64,000 nucleotides of DNA from a virus (lineage: Duplodnaviria > Caudoviricetes), in the IMG/VR virus record IMGVR_UViG_3300042691_027299, positions 596 to 64,595 of that record. One strand, given 5' to 3'. The notes under the pieces are model-generated. The model worked only from the letters and a program-made list of their open reading frames with translations. It did no database searches and was not told the origin of the DNA. The translations under genes were made by a program, and so were the position numbers. The first letter of the stretch is position 1, and each line of letters starts with the position of its first letter. Below are positions 55,001 to 64,000 of the stretch, piece by piece.

Positions 55001-58000
55001 CGAAGCCCGCCGGGCTGGACGTGACTTCGGCCGTGAGATCAACGGCATCATCGACCGGGTGTTGCAGTTTTTTGAACGCCTGCGCAACAAGCTCTCCGGC
55101 TACGGGTTCCAGACCGCAGACGATGTGATCGAAGCCGTACTCTCAGGTGAGATGGCCAAGCGGAAAATTGTTCGCGATGCCATGGTGCAAGAGGACATTA
55201 CAGCGTTTGCGCTGCGACCGACGCTCGACATGAGCCGCGAGGCCCGTATGGCACGAGCACAAGCCATGGGCTTTGACACATCAACGGTCTGGTATCACGG
55301 CTCGGCCCGCACAGATCGCATTGCCGATAAAAGCCAGTTCGACCCGAAGCGCGCAACCAGCGGGCCGATGGCGTTCTTTTCGGACAGCCCGGACATTGCA
55401 TCGAACTATGCGCGCGGAAAGCCTGATACGTCGATCGTCGACGAGGGGAACATCCCGAATTACTACACGGTCGATCCGAAGGCGCTAGGGACCGGGGGGC
55501 GCTCGCCCATTTCGGTCGAGCAATCGTGGTATTTTCTGACCCCGGAGCAGAAACAAGTCATCGTGTCGCGGATGCGCCGCGTCGGATATGAAAATATCGA
55601 TGAAGCGACCGGGCCTTGGACACTCCATCCCGAAGGCGTTGAGGCATCGCTGAACGGCGAGCATTTGATGTACTTGATGCGTGAGTCACGCGGCAATCCG
55701 CTGGCCGCGCTGCGCAAGATGTGGCTTGAAGGCGGCGATCTGGTCGGCCGTGAGGATGAGCTGGCCAAGATTTTCGAGTTGGCCGGATACCCGCATCAGA
55801 TCAGCCAAAAGACGGCGCCATGGTACGAGGCTCAGGGCGTCGTGCCGGTTTACCTCAAGATGACGAAGCCGCTGAAGACGGACGACACGGCGACTCTCCG
55901 CGACGTTGTGGTTCCGTATCTTGAGCAGAAATTCCGCAACGATCGAAGCCGAAAAAAGGAGTTCGGCGCGGATGATTGGGACAAGAATACCCGCTGGACG
56001 CCGAAGGAATGGGTTGCCGAACTCAAGCAGAACGTCGCGGACGACAAAGCTGGTTACGTTTGGACATCGATCCCCGACAAGGTGACGGCCGCGCTTCGAG
56101 AACTTGGCTATGACGGCATCCTCGACATGGGGAACAAGGGCGGCGGTGGGACAGATCACCGCGTCGCCATTCCGTTCGGGCCGCAGCAGGTGCGCAGCGT
56201 CAACGCCCGCTTCGATTCCGCCAAAGCTGACAGCCCTAATCTGATGTTCGCCTTTGCTGGCGAGCGTGCCAAGACGGCTGACCTTGATAAACTTGCCAAG
56301 GCCAAGACACTAGAAGCTGAAGGCGCAGATCGGACCAAGATCTGGAAGGAAACAGGCTGGTTCCGGGGCGTGGATCAGAAATGGCGCTTTGAGATTGATG
56401 ATAGCCAAGCCCGGATGGCCAATTTCTACCGGGACGACACCTATCCCAATATTTTGAGGGCTCACGTCCCAAAGAACAGAGCCGACTATCTCCCGCAGGC
56501 GTTGCCGCTTGAAGACTATATCAACCATGCTGGGCTAGAGCAGGCCTATTGGCCGACGCGCGAACAAGCCCCGTCCGTGATCTTCGACGACCTTGGCAAC
56601 CGTGTACGGGGGCGCTATTCGCGCGGCTCCGATCTGATCACGATGGACAGCGGATCGTTTCTCGCCAAGGACGAAGGCAAGTCAACGGTGCTGCATGAGT
56701 TGCAGCATCGTATCCAGTACGATGAAGGCTTTCCCACGGGCGGCAATGAGAAGTCCGGCGTGGCCGCCTACAATGAAATATCGGCGCGTATCACCCGTCT
56801 GATCGACGAAGCTGGCGGCAACTTGCGTAATGCATCGCCTGATATTCGCCAGCAAGTCGAAGCGCTAAAAGCTGAACAGAAAGCGCTGCCGTTCGACCCA
56901 TACGAATACTACCGCCGTCTCGCCGGCGAGGTCGAAGCCCGCACTGTCCAGAAGCGCATGAACATGACCCCAGAAGAGAGGGCCAAACGCCCGCCCTGGG
57001 AGGACTACGACGTTTCCGAGAAAGACCAGATCGTCCGCATGCCGGAAGATCAAGGCCCCATGTTCGCGATGAGCCAGGACATCGAGACCGGCCAGTCCAT
57101 GCGCCGGGATCTGGATGCTCTGGCAAATTGGGTGCCACCGTATGCAAAGGCTGACGGCATAGCGGCCATTGATGACCTTGCAAAGAAGGTCGATCCAACC
57201 GGGAAGTTTTTCGACCGTCCGACGACGTGGGTGGTCAGAAGCCACATTCGCGGAGAATTTAGAAACTTCCGTGCGCTGCTATCTTCCGAAGGAGACACGC
57301 ACTCCATCGAGCAGATAGGGCCGAGCAGGTATCTTTTAAGAAGTCCATCTGGCAGCTCCAGCTACAACAGCCTGGAGTCAGTCGAAAAGGCATTGTCTGA
57401 CGTTCGGAGCACAGCCGCCGGCCAAAGGATGGCATTGCGCCATGCCGCACGGCAGATGGTGGACTACGCGATCGATCGCAATCCACAGCGCAAGAAGCAA
57501 ACCGTCTATCGCTTCGTCGCTCACCCGACATACGACGCATTGAAGGCTGGCGATACGTTCACCGACCCGGCGTTCATGTCGACGACCAGGATGGTGGTTG
57601 AGACTGCCAAACTTGAGCAAGGCCATTCTGATACCGTGCTTCGGATCAAGCATTGGAGCGGCTTCGACATCGAGGCGTCTCCGTTCATTGCGGATACAAG
57701 TCTCAATCGAGGCGAACTGGAAGTCTTGATCCCGGCTGGGCAACAGTTCGTTGTCACCAAAGTCGAGATGAACAAAAACGGCGTCAGGATCATCGACCTC
57801 GATGAAGTCAGCGATCAACAGCCGATGTTCGCGATTGGCAATGGGACTCAGTATGTCGCGCGTGATTTGGATAGCCTTGGGTATTATTCCAAAGCCCTGG
57901 AAGCCGCTCGTGGCCTCAAACAAGCCAAAGGCACGCCAGAGCAAATGCTGGCGCAGTTGAAGAAAGCAGGCGTCAAGGATGCGGAGATTGCGGCCACCCG

Positions 58001-61000
58001 TCTTGGCGAGGCCATGTCCGGCAAATCCTCCATCACCCGTGACGAGATCATCAAGCATCTGGAAGAGAATAGAGTCGGACTGAAGGAGGTTGTGCGCGAG
58101 GCAAAGAACGCAAAGCCTGATCGACTCCGCAACTACATTGCAGAAGAGTTTGGCAATCCGTCTCCTGGCTACAGGATCGAGGAGACCAAATGGTCTCAAT
58201 TCTCCCTCGACCCCTCCAACCCGACGTATCGAGAGACTGTTCTGCATCTGCCGGAAGGCCAACCCGACCCGGTGCAGAAGGCCGCCTATGATGCGGCATC
58301 GCAGCGCTATAAAAACGCGCTTGCCAAGCAGGAAACCATCGACCGCAGAAAGCCGAACCTGACGCCTGACGAGCAGGCAATCATCGATGAAGTCAAGGCT
58401 GCGCAAGTCGTATTGCAAAACACCTCGGCCCCGATCGCCGCAATAAATTTCCAATCCGGCCACTTCTCCGAGCCTAACATCATTGGCCACATGATGACGA
58501 GCCTGACTCGTCATGAGGGCAAGCCCGTCTTCTTGATTGACCAGATTCAATCGGACTGGGGACAGAAGCTCAGGGATGGGGGAGTCCGGGACGAGGCCAA
58601 GATTGCGGAGTTGAAGGCAAAGCTAACAGCGGCAAAGGCCAAATTCTTCGACGACGTGCGAAAGGCGTTTCCGGGCGAAGACCCGATGTATATTCCCGAA
58701 CCGAAGCTCAACAATGCGGGCATAAGTTCGTCGGATTGGGACCGGCTGCAAGCCGAACTCCGCACCGCAGAAGCCTCATCTCCAGGCAATCCCCTTGTTA
58801 ACACTACAGACCAATGGACAACGACAACTCTCCGTCGTGCCATTCGTCAGGCCATCGAAGCCGATGCGGATTACATTGCCATCCCTCATGGCGATACGGT
58901 GCTGAGCTATAACCCCGGTGATACGAACGGGATGCGAGGCTTCTACGGCTCGCGCGCGACTGAGGGCATCGTGCCCAAGAACCTGCGCAAGCTTCTGCAA
59001 TCCATCGATAAGGAAGCGCAGCCGCAGAAGGTGGAAACGCTGACCACGCCAGCCGGCGAGCGCGGCTATAAGCCCGGCGCGGATAGCGAGTTTGAGCCCA
59101 ACGAAACCGGCTTCACGCTGTTCCCTCTGACCCCGACCGTCAAGGACAAGGTGCGGGCCGAGGGCATGCCGATGTTTGCCATGGCGCGGCAGGAAGCCTC
59201 GGAGCCCAGGCCTCAGCAACTCGATCCAGAAACCCTGATCGAGCAACTGGCCAACCTCGCCGAGCCGGTGCGGCAAGCCCTGCGCGCAGCGGACCAGACC
59301 AAGGTCGCCAGACAATTCAACTTCCTCACGGATGAAACGGGCCTTGTCTCATCCATGACCGAGGATGCGTCTCTGCGTATCCTGCGCAACGACGAGGGCA
59401 TCATTTCAGGTGTCGAATATCGGGGCGTACCCTACCAGATCGGCCGCGACGAAATCGGCAACATCACTGGCCTGCTGACGGCCGCGCAGAAGGAAGCGCT
59501 AGACCAGCAGAACGCCGTCACGCAAACGGTGGCGGATCTTATTGCCACCAACACGGGACTTGCGCCCGAGCGGGCCAAGCTCATTGCCGATGAGGCCATG
59601 GGCATCGTCACGCAGAACCTTGCCGATCCCGATGCCATCCGCACCGGCCTTGCCGATCTGGTGCAGCGGACCATTGACGAAATTCAAGGCCCGATGTTTG
59701 CGATGACCGACGACCGGGGCCGCATGAAGCCCGGCGCGGAGATGCGCAAGCGCGAACTGGCCGCCGATCTGGCCGAAATCGAACTACGCTTTCAGAACTC
59801 GCAAGGCGACGAGCGCGTGAAGCTTCAGCAGCAGCGCGCGGCGTTGCTGGGCGCCAAGGCGCTGGAAGAACGCATCGACGTGGTGAACAGCTTTGTTGAC
59901 GCCAAAGGCCGGCACGATCCCGCCAAGGCACTGTTGTTTATCCAAGAGGCCAACCCGTATCAGACGGCGGGCAAGGATCTGGTGACGCTGCGCAACGTCA
60001 TCGAAAAGACCGCCTGGGAGAAATTGAGCGAAGTTCTGTGGAACTTCCGCAAGGGTGCGGTGACGGGCGATTTGCGGCGCCGCTCGGCCTCGATGCAGAC
60101 CGACATGGCCGACATGATCCGCGCAGCAGCCGGGGAAAAGGTGGAAAACCCTGCGGCAAAGGTTTTTGCTGACGCATGGCTCGGCGTGGCGGAGATGCTG
60201 CGCCAGCGCTTCAACGCGGCGGGCGGGGATATTCCCAAGCTGCAAGGCTGGTTCGCACCGCAGTTCCACGATGCGGAAGCACTTCTCAAGGTCGGCCGCG
60301 ACACCTGGATCAGCTATCTGATGCAACCGGGGGTGCTCGATCGAGCGCGCATGGTGGACAACCTATCGGGCGCGCCGCTGACCGACGACCAGTTGCGCCA
60401 GGCGCTGCGCAATGTCTACGAGGCCGTGACCACGGCTGGCCAGGCCAAGCTTGATCCGGGCGAAGTCGCCCCCGGCCGGGGTGCGCTCTACAAGCAGCAC
60501 GCCGAACATCGGTTCATTCACTTCAAGAACGCGGATGCGTATCTGGCCTATAACAAGCTCTATGGCGGCGGCGACGTGTATGCGGCCATGATCGGCCATG
60601 TGCATCGGATGGCCCGCGACATCGCCGCGATGGAGATCCTTGGCCCCAACCCGCACCTGACGTGGACCCGGCTCAAGGCCTACGTGCAGAACCAAGTGAT
60701 GACCGATCCGTCCTTGCGCGTGCCGACCTTGGTCAGCGACCTTGGCGAGCGGGTTCAGGACTTTAGTGCGGCCACCAACGGAGCCGGAACACTCGATCCG
60801 CTGATGGCCAACATCGACGCGACGACCACCCGCCTTGAAGCCTTGCGCAATGCCGACCGCAACCGGATCAAGAAGCGCCACACGACCGAGATTGCCAAGC
60901 TTGAAACCGAGTTGGCCGATGCGGCGTCGCAGATCGAGGATGCGATGACGGCGCTGACGACGGAGCCCAGGCATCACACGCTGGCTGGCGAGGTGCAAAC

Positions 61001-62492
61001 CTTGCTGAATGACCTGACCTCGATCCAGGGCTACGGCATCAAGCCGGCCTGGAGCTCGATCAGTCCGCGCGATCCGCAGTCCCGGACCAATCACCTGATA
61101 AAGCGCGCCGACGCCATGTGGGCCATGTATATGGGCACAAGCGGCGTTCCCGTTTACAAAGAGTTTGCCGCGTTTATGTCAGGCGCCCGCAACTGGATCT
61201 CGTCGTCGGCACTGGCTTTCGCGCCGATGTCCTCAATCACGGATCAGACGACGCAGATGGCGGCTCGCCTTATGAGCAGCGTTCCCGTGACGAAGCAACT
61301 CGGATCGTTTGTGAAAGCCTTCGGCAAGCAGGATCGGCAGTTGGCGCTCTCGACGAGTCTCGGCCTCGACACCGTGCGCAATGCGTTCGCCGAGCAGGCG
61401 GCCATGGTCGACCGCATGAACGCGCAGGGCTGGACCTCCTACATCGCGGATCGCACGCATGCGCTGTCGTTCCTGTCGCCGATGACCTCGGCGCAGAAGT
61501 TGGCCTATGGACTGGATTTTCAGCGGCACATGGCGACCCTGATGGACATGGGCTATCAAAGGCTCGGCCCCGCCACGCGGCGCATGTTCGAGCGCCACGA
61601 CATTACGCCGGCCGATTGGGATCTAATTCGCTCGGCCACGCCGGAGCCAGACAACTCCGGCACGCCCATGCTGACCCGTGCCGCCATTGAGGATGCGGTC
61701 GGCATCGATCTGGCCGAAAAATATCTGATGATGCTTTACCGCGAGGGATCAGGCTCGACGCTGGAAGCCTCAGCACGGGGGCGCACCTTTTACATTGGCG
61801 AGACGCAGCCGGGCACCTTGCAAGGTGAAGTATGGCGTAGCATAGCCATGCTCAAGAGCTTCCCGACTACGTTCACCATGAACGTCATAGGACGCATCTA
61901 CTATGAGATCATGGCCGGTCGTGGCTTTGCGGCGCAGACGGTTGGGTATGCCGCAGCCATCTTTATTGGCGGAACACTGCTTGGAGGCGTGGCAAAGCAG
62001 TTGAAAGCTATCGGCCAGGGGCGCGACCCGCAGGACATGACGACTCCAAAATTTTGGGCGCAGGCCTGGATGCAATCGGGCGGCGTCGGCATCCTCGGCG
62101 ACTTCATTGGATCAAGTGTCAGTCGCACGGGCGTCGGCCAGATTGAAACGCTGGCGGGACCGGTGGCCTCAAACCTCTTCAATCCCATAATTGGCCTGAC
62201 AGCCGGCAACCTCTGGCAATACGGTCAAGACCAGAAAACCAACCTTGGCCGCGAAAGCGTGAACGCTCTGCGCCGCAATACGCCGGGCGCCTTCGTGCCC
62301 TGGTATCTGCGTCTCGCCTATGAGCGTCAGATCCTCGATGCGCTACAGGAACAGGTCGACCCCGAGGCCTATCGGGACTTCGCTCGGAAGCGGGCCTATT
62401 GGCGGCGCACGGCCAACCAGGATTTCTACTGGCCGCCGGGGGCCTCTACTCCACAGACGCCTGTCAATTTCGACCGCGCCGTGGGGCGTTAG
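52065..62492 (+). CDS. Giant (~3475 aa) polyvalent internal virion protein
   Basis: HEVTH and HELQH peptidase motifs, YHG ART-like domain, LPD23-like IW.ETGW.RG.D.KWRFEI, R-S-E ART; position of T7 gp16. Confidence 0.88.
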   Translation: MMFFTKPNFSPIILPDDAALDKPDQPTAGVGEVFRTQEEAVDKSRQWFSFEENRKDVFREHRKKIKDLTGEDMPFGEDSSGLISSMKFQVTPEKEVDLYKDWHQYQRDGGTLGFKSFYWSRYEQGYRERLQYLADKYPQHRDAILPPEMSFESQARQMGADAEKQAEEAWARSKGVAPYLAWLGAEVKGTFKDPLMVGSLPLQSMVWAGRSAAGMKGIVESFLKSGAVNAGVEVGMAPLRQGARKELGLDYGAGQAAVDIGAAFALGGGLDAAIRGTSRAGRWAFGYEPVLDEAGKVMAYRKKLADGRTVDVAPTVHEKAEAGDAAAIRQLAEKEGLNDPLAIQALDALEADQRLAQKPSSKIHDVEHDAALAQATRHIDTPELEPVPVVREVSTTQLREITDMQADARVELKRLEADIEARLRDEASVDTARADAKARDEVLRLRTEAEKARADLETQIAARELEILRLRDGLMSKELQDLQDTGQFREDYIEAVIDHVPAMEMQARALQDLAKRAPGTPAEVRHVLSELLQSPDYRAPTVDIGPTPQSRGLKDKALDDPYGPDAKAQVDALMADQAQELGLAPVQRGKGKGKQAGTAAKSPEIDANSPARQPTARELTPDPIERAANVARAVDEAVAEAVQDAAIYRDPVTGDIMSEGEVVDLIGLWRYVKEEKRPKRPQGLQAFIMDTGRLKDQGGEITAMLGGKNRQLISEKGSTLDDAALRAYEAGFFPERPSISEFLDALSRDINGEPVIRLQDAADLEAWRAFRDLETQLDQLGIAGLRDETAIRDHFRARAVEGNALAGRQDRVVEARPDDDIPFFRVTQDTQVTDPTQRLVDAATSEFNWMAGDAGVGFNVYANARALPERLRAAVELREAAGGRVAAFDDPQTNAVYVSLAALQDGEIARVAHEVTHALERLGILQSGDVALLAERAKLVGDDVLAFDRASYEADFRARGLSENQIAARVQSEEAAHLIEARRAGRDFGREINGIIDRVLQFFERLRNKLSGYGFQTADDVIEAVLSGEMAKRKIVRDAMVQEDITAFALRPTLDMSREARMARAQAMGFDTSTVWYHGSARTDRIADKSQFDPKRATSGPMAFFSDSPDIASNYARGKPDTSIVDEGNIPNYYTVDPKALGTGGRSPISVEQSWYFLTPEQKQVIVSRMRRVGYENIDEATGPWTLHPEGVEASLNGEHLMYLMRESRGNPLAALRKMWLEGGDLVGREDELAKIFELAGYPHQISQKTAPWYEAQGVVPVYLKMTKPLKTDDTATLRDVVVPYLEQKFRNDRSRKKEFGADDWDKNTRWTPKEWVAELKQNVADDKAGYVWTSIPDKVTAALRELGYDGILDMGNKGGGGTDHRVAIPFGPQQVRSVNARFDSAKADSPNLMFAFAGERAKTADLDKLAKAKTLEAEGADRTKIWKETGWFRGVDQKWRFEIDDSQARMANFYRDDTYPNILRAHVPKNRADYLPQALPLEDYINHAGLEQAYWPTREQAPSVIFDDLGNRVRGRYSRGSDLITMDSGSFLAKDEGKSTVLHELQHRIQYDEGFPTGGNEKSGVAAYNEISARITRLIDEAGGNLRNASPDIRQQVEALKAEQKALPFDPYEYYRRLAGEVEARTVQKRMNMTPEERAKRPPWEDYDVSEKDQIVRMPEDQGPMFAMSQDIETGQSMRRDLDALANWVPPYAKADGIAAIDDLAKKVDPTGKFFDRPTTWVVRSHIRGEFRNFRALLSSEGDTHSIEQIGPSRYLLRSPSGSSSYNSLESVEKALSDVRSTAAGQRMALRHAARQMVDYAIDRNPQRKKQTVYRFVAHPTYDALKAGDTFTDPAFMSTTRMVVETAKLEQGHSDTVLRIKHWSGFDIEASPFIADTSLNRGELEVLIPAGQQFVVTKVEMNKNGVRIIDLDEVSDQQPMFAIGNGTQYVARDLDSLGYYSKALEAARGLKQAKGTPEQMLAQLKKAGVKDAEIAATRLGEAMSGKSSITRDEIIKHLEENRVGLKEVVREAKNAKPDRLRNYIAEEFGNPSPGYRIEETKWSQFSLDPSNPTYRETVLHLPEGQPDPVQKAAYDAASQRYKNALAKQETIDRRKPNLTPDEQAIIDEVKAAQVVLQNTSAPIAAINFQSGHFSEPNIIGHMMTSLTRHEGKPVFLIDQIQSDWGQKLRDGGVRDEAKIAELKAKLTAAKAKFFDDVRKAFPGEDPMYIPEPKLNNAGISSSDWDRLQAELRTAEASSPGNPLVNTTDQWTTTTLRRAIRQAIEADADYIAIPHGDTVLSYNPGDTNGMRGFYGSRATEGIVPKNLRKLLQSIDKEAQPQKVETLTTPAGERGYKPGADSEFEPNETGFTLFPLTPTVKDKVRAEGMPMFAMARQEASEPRPQQLDPETLIEQLANLAEPVRQALRAADQTKVARQFNFLTDETGLVSSMTEDASLRILRNDEGIISGVEYRGVPYQIGRDEIGNITGLLTAAQKEALDQQNAVTQTVADLIATNTGLAPERAKLIADEAMGIVTQNLADPDAIRTGLADLVQRTIDEIQGPMFAMTDDRGRMKPGAEMRKRELAADLAEIELRFQNSQGDERVKLQQQRAALLGAKALEERIDVVNSFVDAKGRHDPAKALLFIQEANPYQTAGKDLVTLRNVIEKTAWEKLSEVLWNFRKGAVTGDLRRRSASMQTDMADMIRAAAGEKVENPAAKVFADAWLGVAEMLRQRFNAAGGDIPKLQGWFAPQFHDAEALLKVGRDTWISYLMQPGVLDRARMVDNLSGAPLTDDQLRQALRNVYEAVTTAGQAKLDPGEVAPGRGALYKQHAEHRFIHFKNADAYLAYNKLYGGGDVYAAMIGHVHRMARDIAAMEILGPNPHLTWTRLKAYVQNQVMTDPSLRVPTLVSDLGERVQDFSAATNGAGTLDPLMANIDATTTRLEALRNADRNRIKKRHTTEIAKLETELADAASQIEDAMTALTTEPRHHTLAGEVQTLLNDLTSIQGYGIKPAWSSISPRDPQSRTNHLIKRADAMWAMYMGTSGVPVYKEFAAFMSGARNWISSSALAFAPMSSITDQTTQMAARLMSSVPVTKQLGSFVKAFGKQDRQLALSTSLGLDTVRNAFAEQAAMVDRMNAQGWTSYIADRTHALSFLSPMTSAQKLAYGLDFQRHMATLMDMGYQRLGPATRRMFERHDITPADWDLIRSATPEPDNSGTPMLTRAAIEDAVGIDLAEKYLMMLYREGSGSTLEASARGRTFYIGETQPGTLQGEVWRSIAMLKSFPTTFTMNVIGRIYYEIMAGRGFAAQTVGYAAAIFIGGTLLGGVAKQLKAIGQGRDPQDMTTPKFWAQAWMQSGGVGILGDFIGSSVSRTGVGQIETLAGPVASNLFNPIIGLTAGNLWQYGQDQKTNLGRESVNALRRNTPGAFVPWYLRLAYERQILDALQEQVDPEAYRDFARKRAYWRRTANQDFYWPPGASTPQTPVNFDRAVGR

Positions 62493-62500
62493 CACTATCT

Positions 62501-62542
62501 CTTGACAGGAAATTTTGGTAACGTTCGCGCAGACTGATTTGC
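62501..62542 (+). promoter_or_regulatory. Conserved regulatory block
   Basis: Matches 10506-10547. Confidence 0.55.
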
Positions 62543-62640
62543 CCTGACCGGCCATGCGCCGACAATCCCGGCAACCGTCGCTCCCCCCATTTCTGCCGTT
62601 GCTGTTGCGTTGCGTCCGGGATTCCAGCCAAGGGCACCGC

Positions 62641-62988
62641 ATGATCGGCGACACCGTATTGGATAACGGTCTCTCTGTTATCGCCAAGACGCTTTCAAAG
62701 ATCGACATCTGCGAGCGCGAGCCGACTTCCTTTGCCGACATCCAGGCCGCAAGTCTTGGCTCGGTCACGGGTGCTTTCAAGGTCTCCCGTATTGAGCCGT
62801 GCAGCGAGGGCCGCAAGGTCACGGTGGACGGGGTTGAAGGCCAGGCGTCCCGACAAGGCCGCCCGCAGTATTGGGCGCTCTCCGGCCAATCGCAACTGCT
62901 GGCCACGGGTCAAATCACGGACGCCAAGTCTGTAGCCCCTGGCGTGCTGTTTCGGCTCCCCTCGCTTGAGGTCGAACTTCTGCGCTAA
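62641..62988 (+). CDS. Hypothetical structural protein
   Basis: D.VLDNGL...IC..EP, GRKVTV and LLATG motifs. Confidence 0.65.
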   Translation: MIGDTVLDNGLSVIAKTLSKIDICEREPTSFADIQAASLGSVTGAFKVSRIEPCSEGRKVTVDGVEGQASRQGRPQYWALSGQSQLLATGQITDAKSVAPGVLFRLPSLEVELLR

Positions 62989-63006
62989 CGAAAGGACAGA
63001 TTTGCC

Positions 63007-63438
63007 ATGACGGCAATTTCCGACACAACCGAAAACGCCATCCTCAATCTGGTGTTCCGGGCCACCGCTTGGGCCAACTACGCAGACAACGCGGCAACAT
63101 CGCCGGAGACAAATATTGTCGTGGCAGGGGCCACCGCCGATTACACCGACACCGGCACTTTGTCTTCGAACGAGGTCACTTACACGTCTTATGCTCGCGT
63201 GAACGTCGCTCGATCGACCGGCTGGAACGCCGCGTCGGGTGGTTCAACGTCGCCAGCGGCAACGATCAGCTTCCCGGCTGGTACGGGTGGCTCCGGCACA
63301 ATGACACATTTCGCAACCGGCAAGAGCGGAGGCGGTGCGGCGGCGGTGCTTTGGTACGGCACAGTCAGCCCGAACATTGTGACGGGTAACGGCGTCACGC
63401 CGCAGCTGTCCACGGCCACAACAATCACTTTGGCTTAA
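63007..63438 (+). CDS. Putative appendage protein (homolog of 6244-6675)
   Basis: Near-identical translation. Confidence 0.75.
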   Translation: MTAISDTTENAILNLVFRATAWANYADNAATSPETNIVVAGATADYTDTGTLSSNEVTYTSYARVNVARSTGWNAASGGSTSPAATISFPAGTGGSGTMTHFATGKSGGGAAAVLWYGTVSPNIVTGNGVTPQLSTATTITLA

Positions 63439-63441
63439 CGC

Positions 63442-63900
63442 ATGTCGATCGCGACCGCTGTTCGCCGCTGCCTAGTCGACCTAGACGTGCCGGGCATCCG
63501 CGCAATCTGGGCAAAGATCTCGCCGCATCTGCCGCAGCCCAAGACGGACGGCGAAGCGCTGGCGGCGTTGCATGCCGCGCGCACGGCTTCGGAAAGCGTG
63601 CCGCTTCGCATGCGGGCCTACTCGCATCGATGGCTGACCGAGCGGCAATTGCCGTCACAACTTCCGGATCGACTGAAGCCGAGCGCAGAGCAGATCTGCC
63701 CGCGTGTGGCGACCTCGGTCGGGATTGCGGTTGGTTCACCAATCCCGGTTGTGCGCGATTGCATTCGGGGCGCCATGGAGTACGCGGTCCATGATTGCTA
63801 CGCCAACGGCGATACCGACCCCGCAATCGTCAAGCCGCAAATGATGGAAGCGCGCCGCAAGGAACGCAAGGCGCTCGGCATCATCGAGCGAGGGGAATAA
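63442..63900 (+). CDS. Conserved hypothetical protein (homolog of 6680-7138)
   Basis: Near-identical translation. Confidence 0.8.
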   Translation: MSIATAVRRCLVDLDVPGIRAIWAKISPHLPQPKTDGEALAALHAARTASESVPLRMRAYSHRWLTERQLPSQLPDRLKPSAEQICPRVATSVGIAVGSPIPVVRDCIRGAMEYAVHDCYANGDTDPAIVKPQMMEARRKERKALGIIERGE

Positions 63901-64000
63901 ATGCCAGCAAATACAGATCCGATTTACACTAGGGCGCCCGACATCAGCATTGCAGGCTCGGTGGTTGGCTCAAGCGCCAACACGGCCACGGATGGAACGG
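63901..64000 (+). CDS. Start of the homolog of 7139-7588 (truncated by the window)
   Basis: MPANTDPIYTRAPDISIAGSVVG. Confidence 0.8.
   Translation, partial: MPANTDPIYTRAPDISIAGSVVGSSANTATDGT

Larger units (their letters stand above)
21140..64000. mobile_element. Prophage B: temperate podophage with T7-like head/tail module (right end outside the window)
   Basis: int-xis-recombination-cI/cro-replication-NusG-terminase-portal-capsid-tail-ejection gene order. Confidence 0.9.

Noticed and set aside
63007-64000. Terminal redundancy or circular overlap of a single phage with 6244-7240
   Set aside because: The copies differ at many synonymous sites and have different upstream genes, so they are diverged homologs.

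Overview
This is a high-GC, entirely phage-derived window, probably from an alphaproteobacterium (GcrA homolog). It is best read as two related prophages in tandem, joined at a 50-bp 3' fragment of tRNA-Lys(CTT) at 21140-21189. Element A (1-21189) has a NusG-like gene, terS, terL, a long portal, a Gly/Ala-rich fibre cassette, a T7-type tail fibre and a lysis module. It has no recognisable capsid, scaffold, tail-tube or ejection genes. Its accessory region holds two divergent arrays of small ORFs around a degenerate serine-recombinase-like gene. The rightward array is punctuated by 8 copies of TAA(A)GGAAAGGCC, giving it a gene-cassette-like architecture. Element B (21140->64000) is a temperate podophage with a tyrosine integrase, ERF/YqaJ recombination genes, a cI/cro switch with four visible operators, GcrA, a replication gene and a NusG paralog. 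It also has a different terminase/portal pair, T7-like head/tail genes and an amidase+lysozyme ejection protein. Its ~3475-aa polyvalent protein has modules (two HExxH peptidases, two ADP-ribosyltransferase-like domains) separated by a repeated PMFA linker. The two elements share several diverged blocks. All family assignments come from motif recognition by eye; no searches were run.
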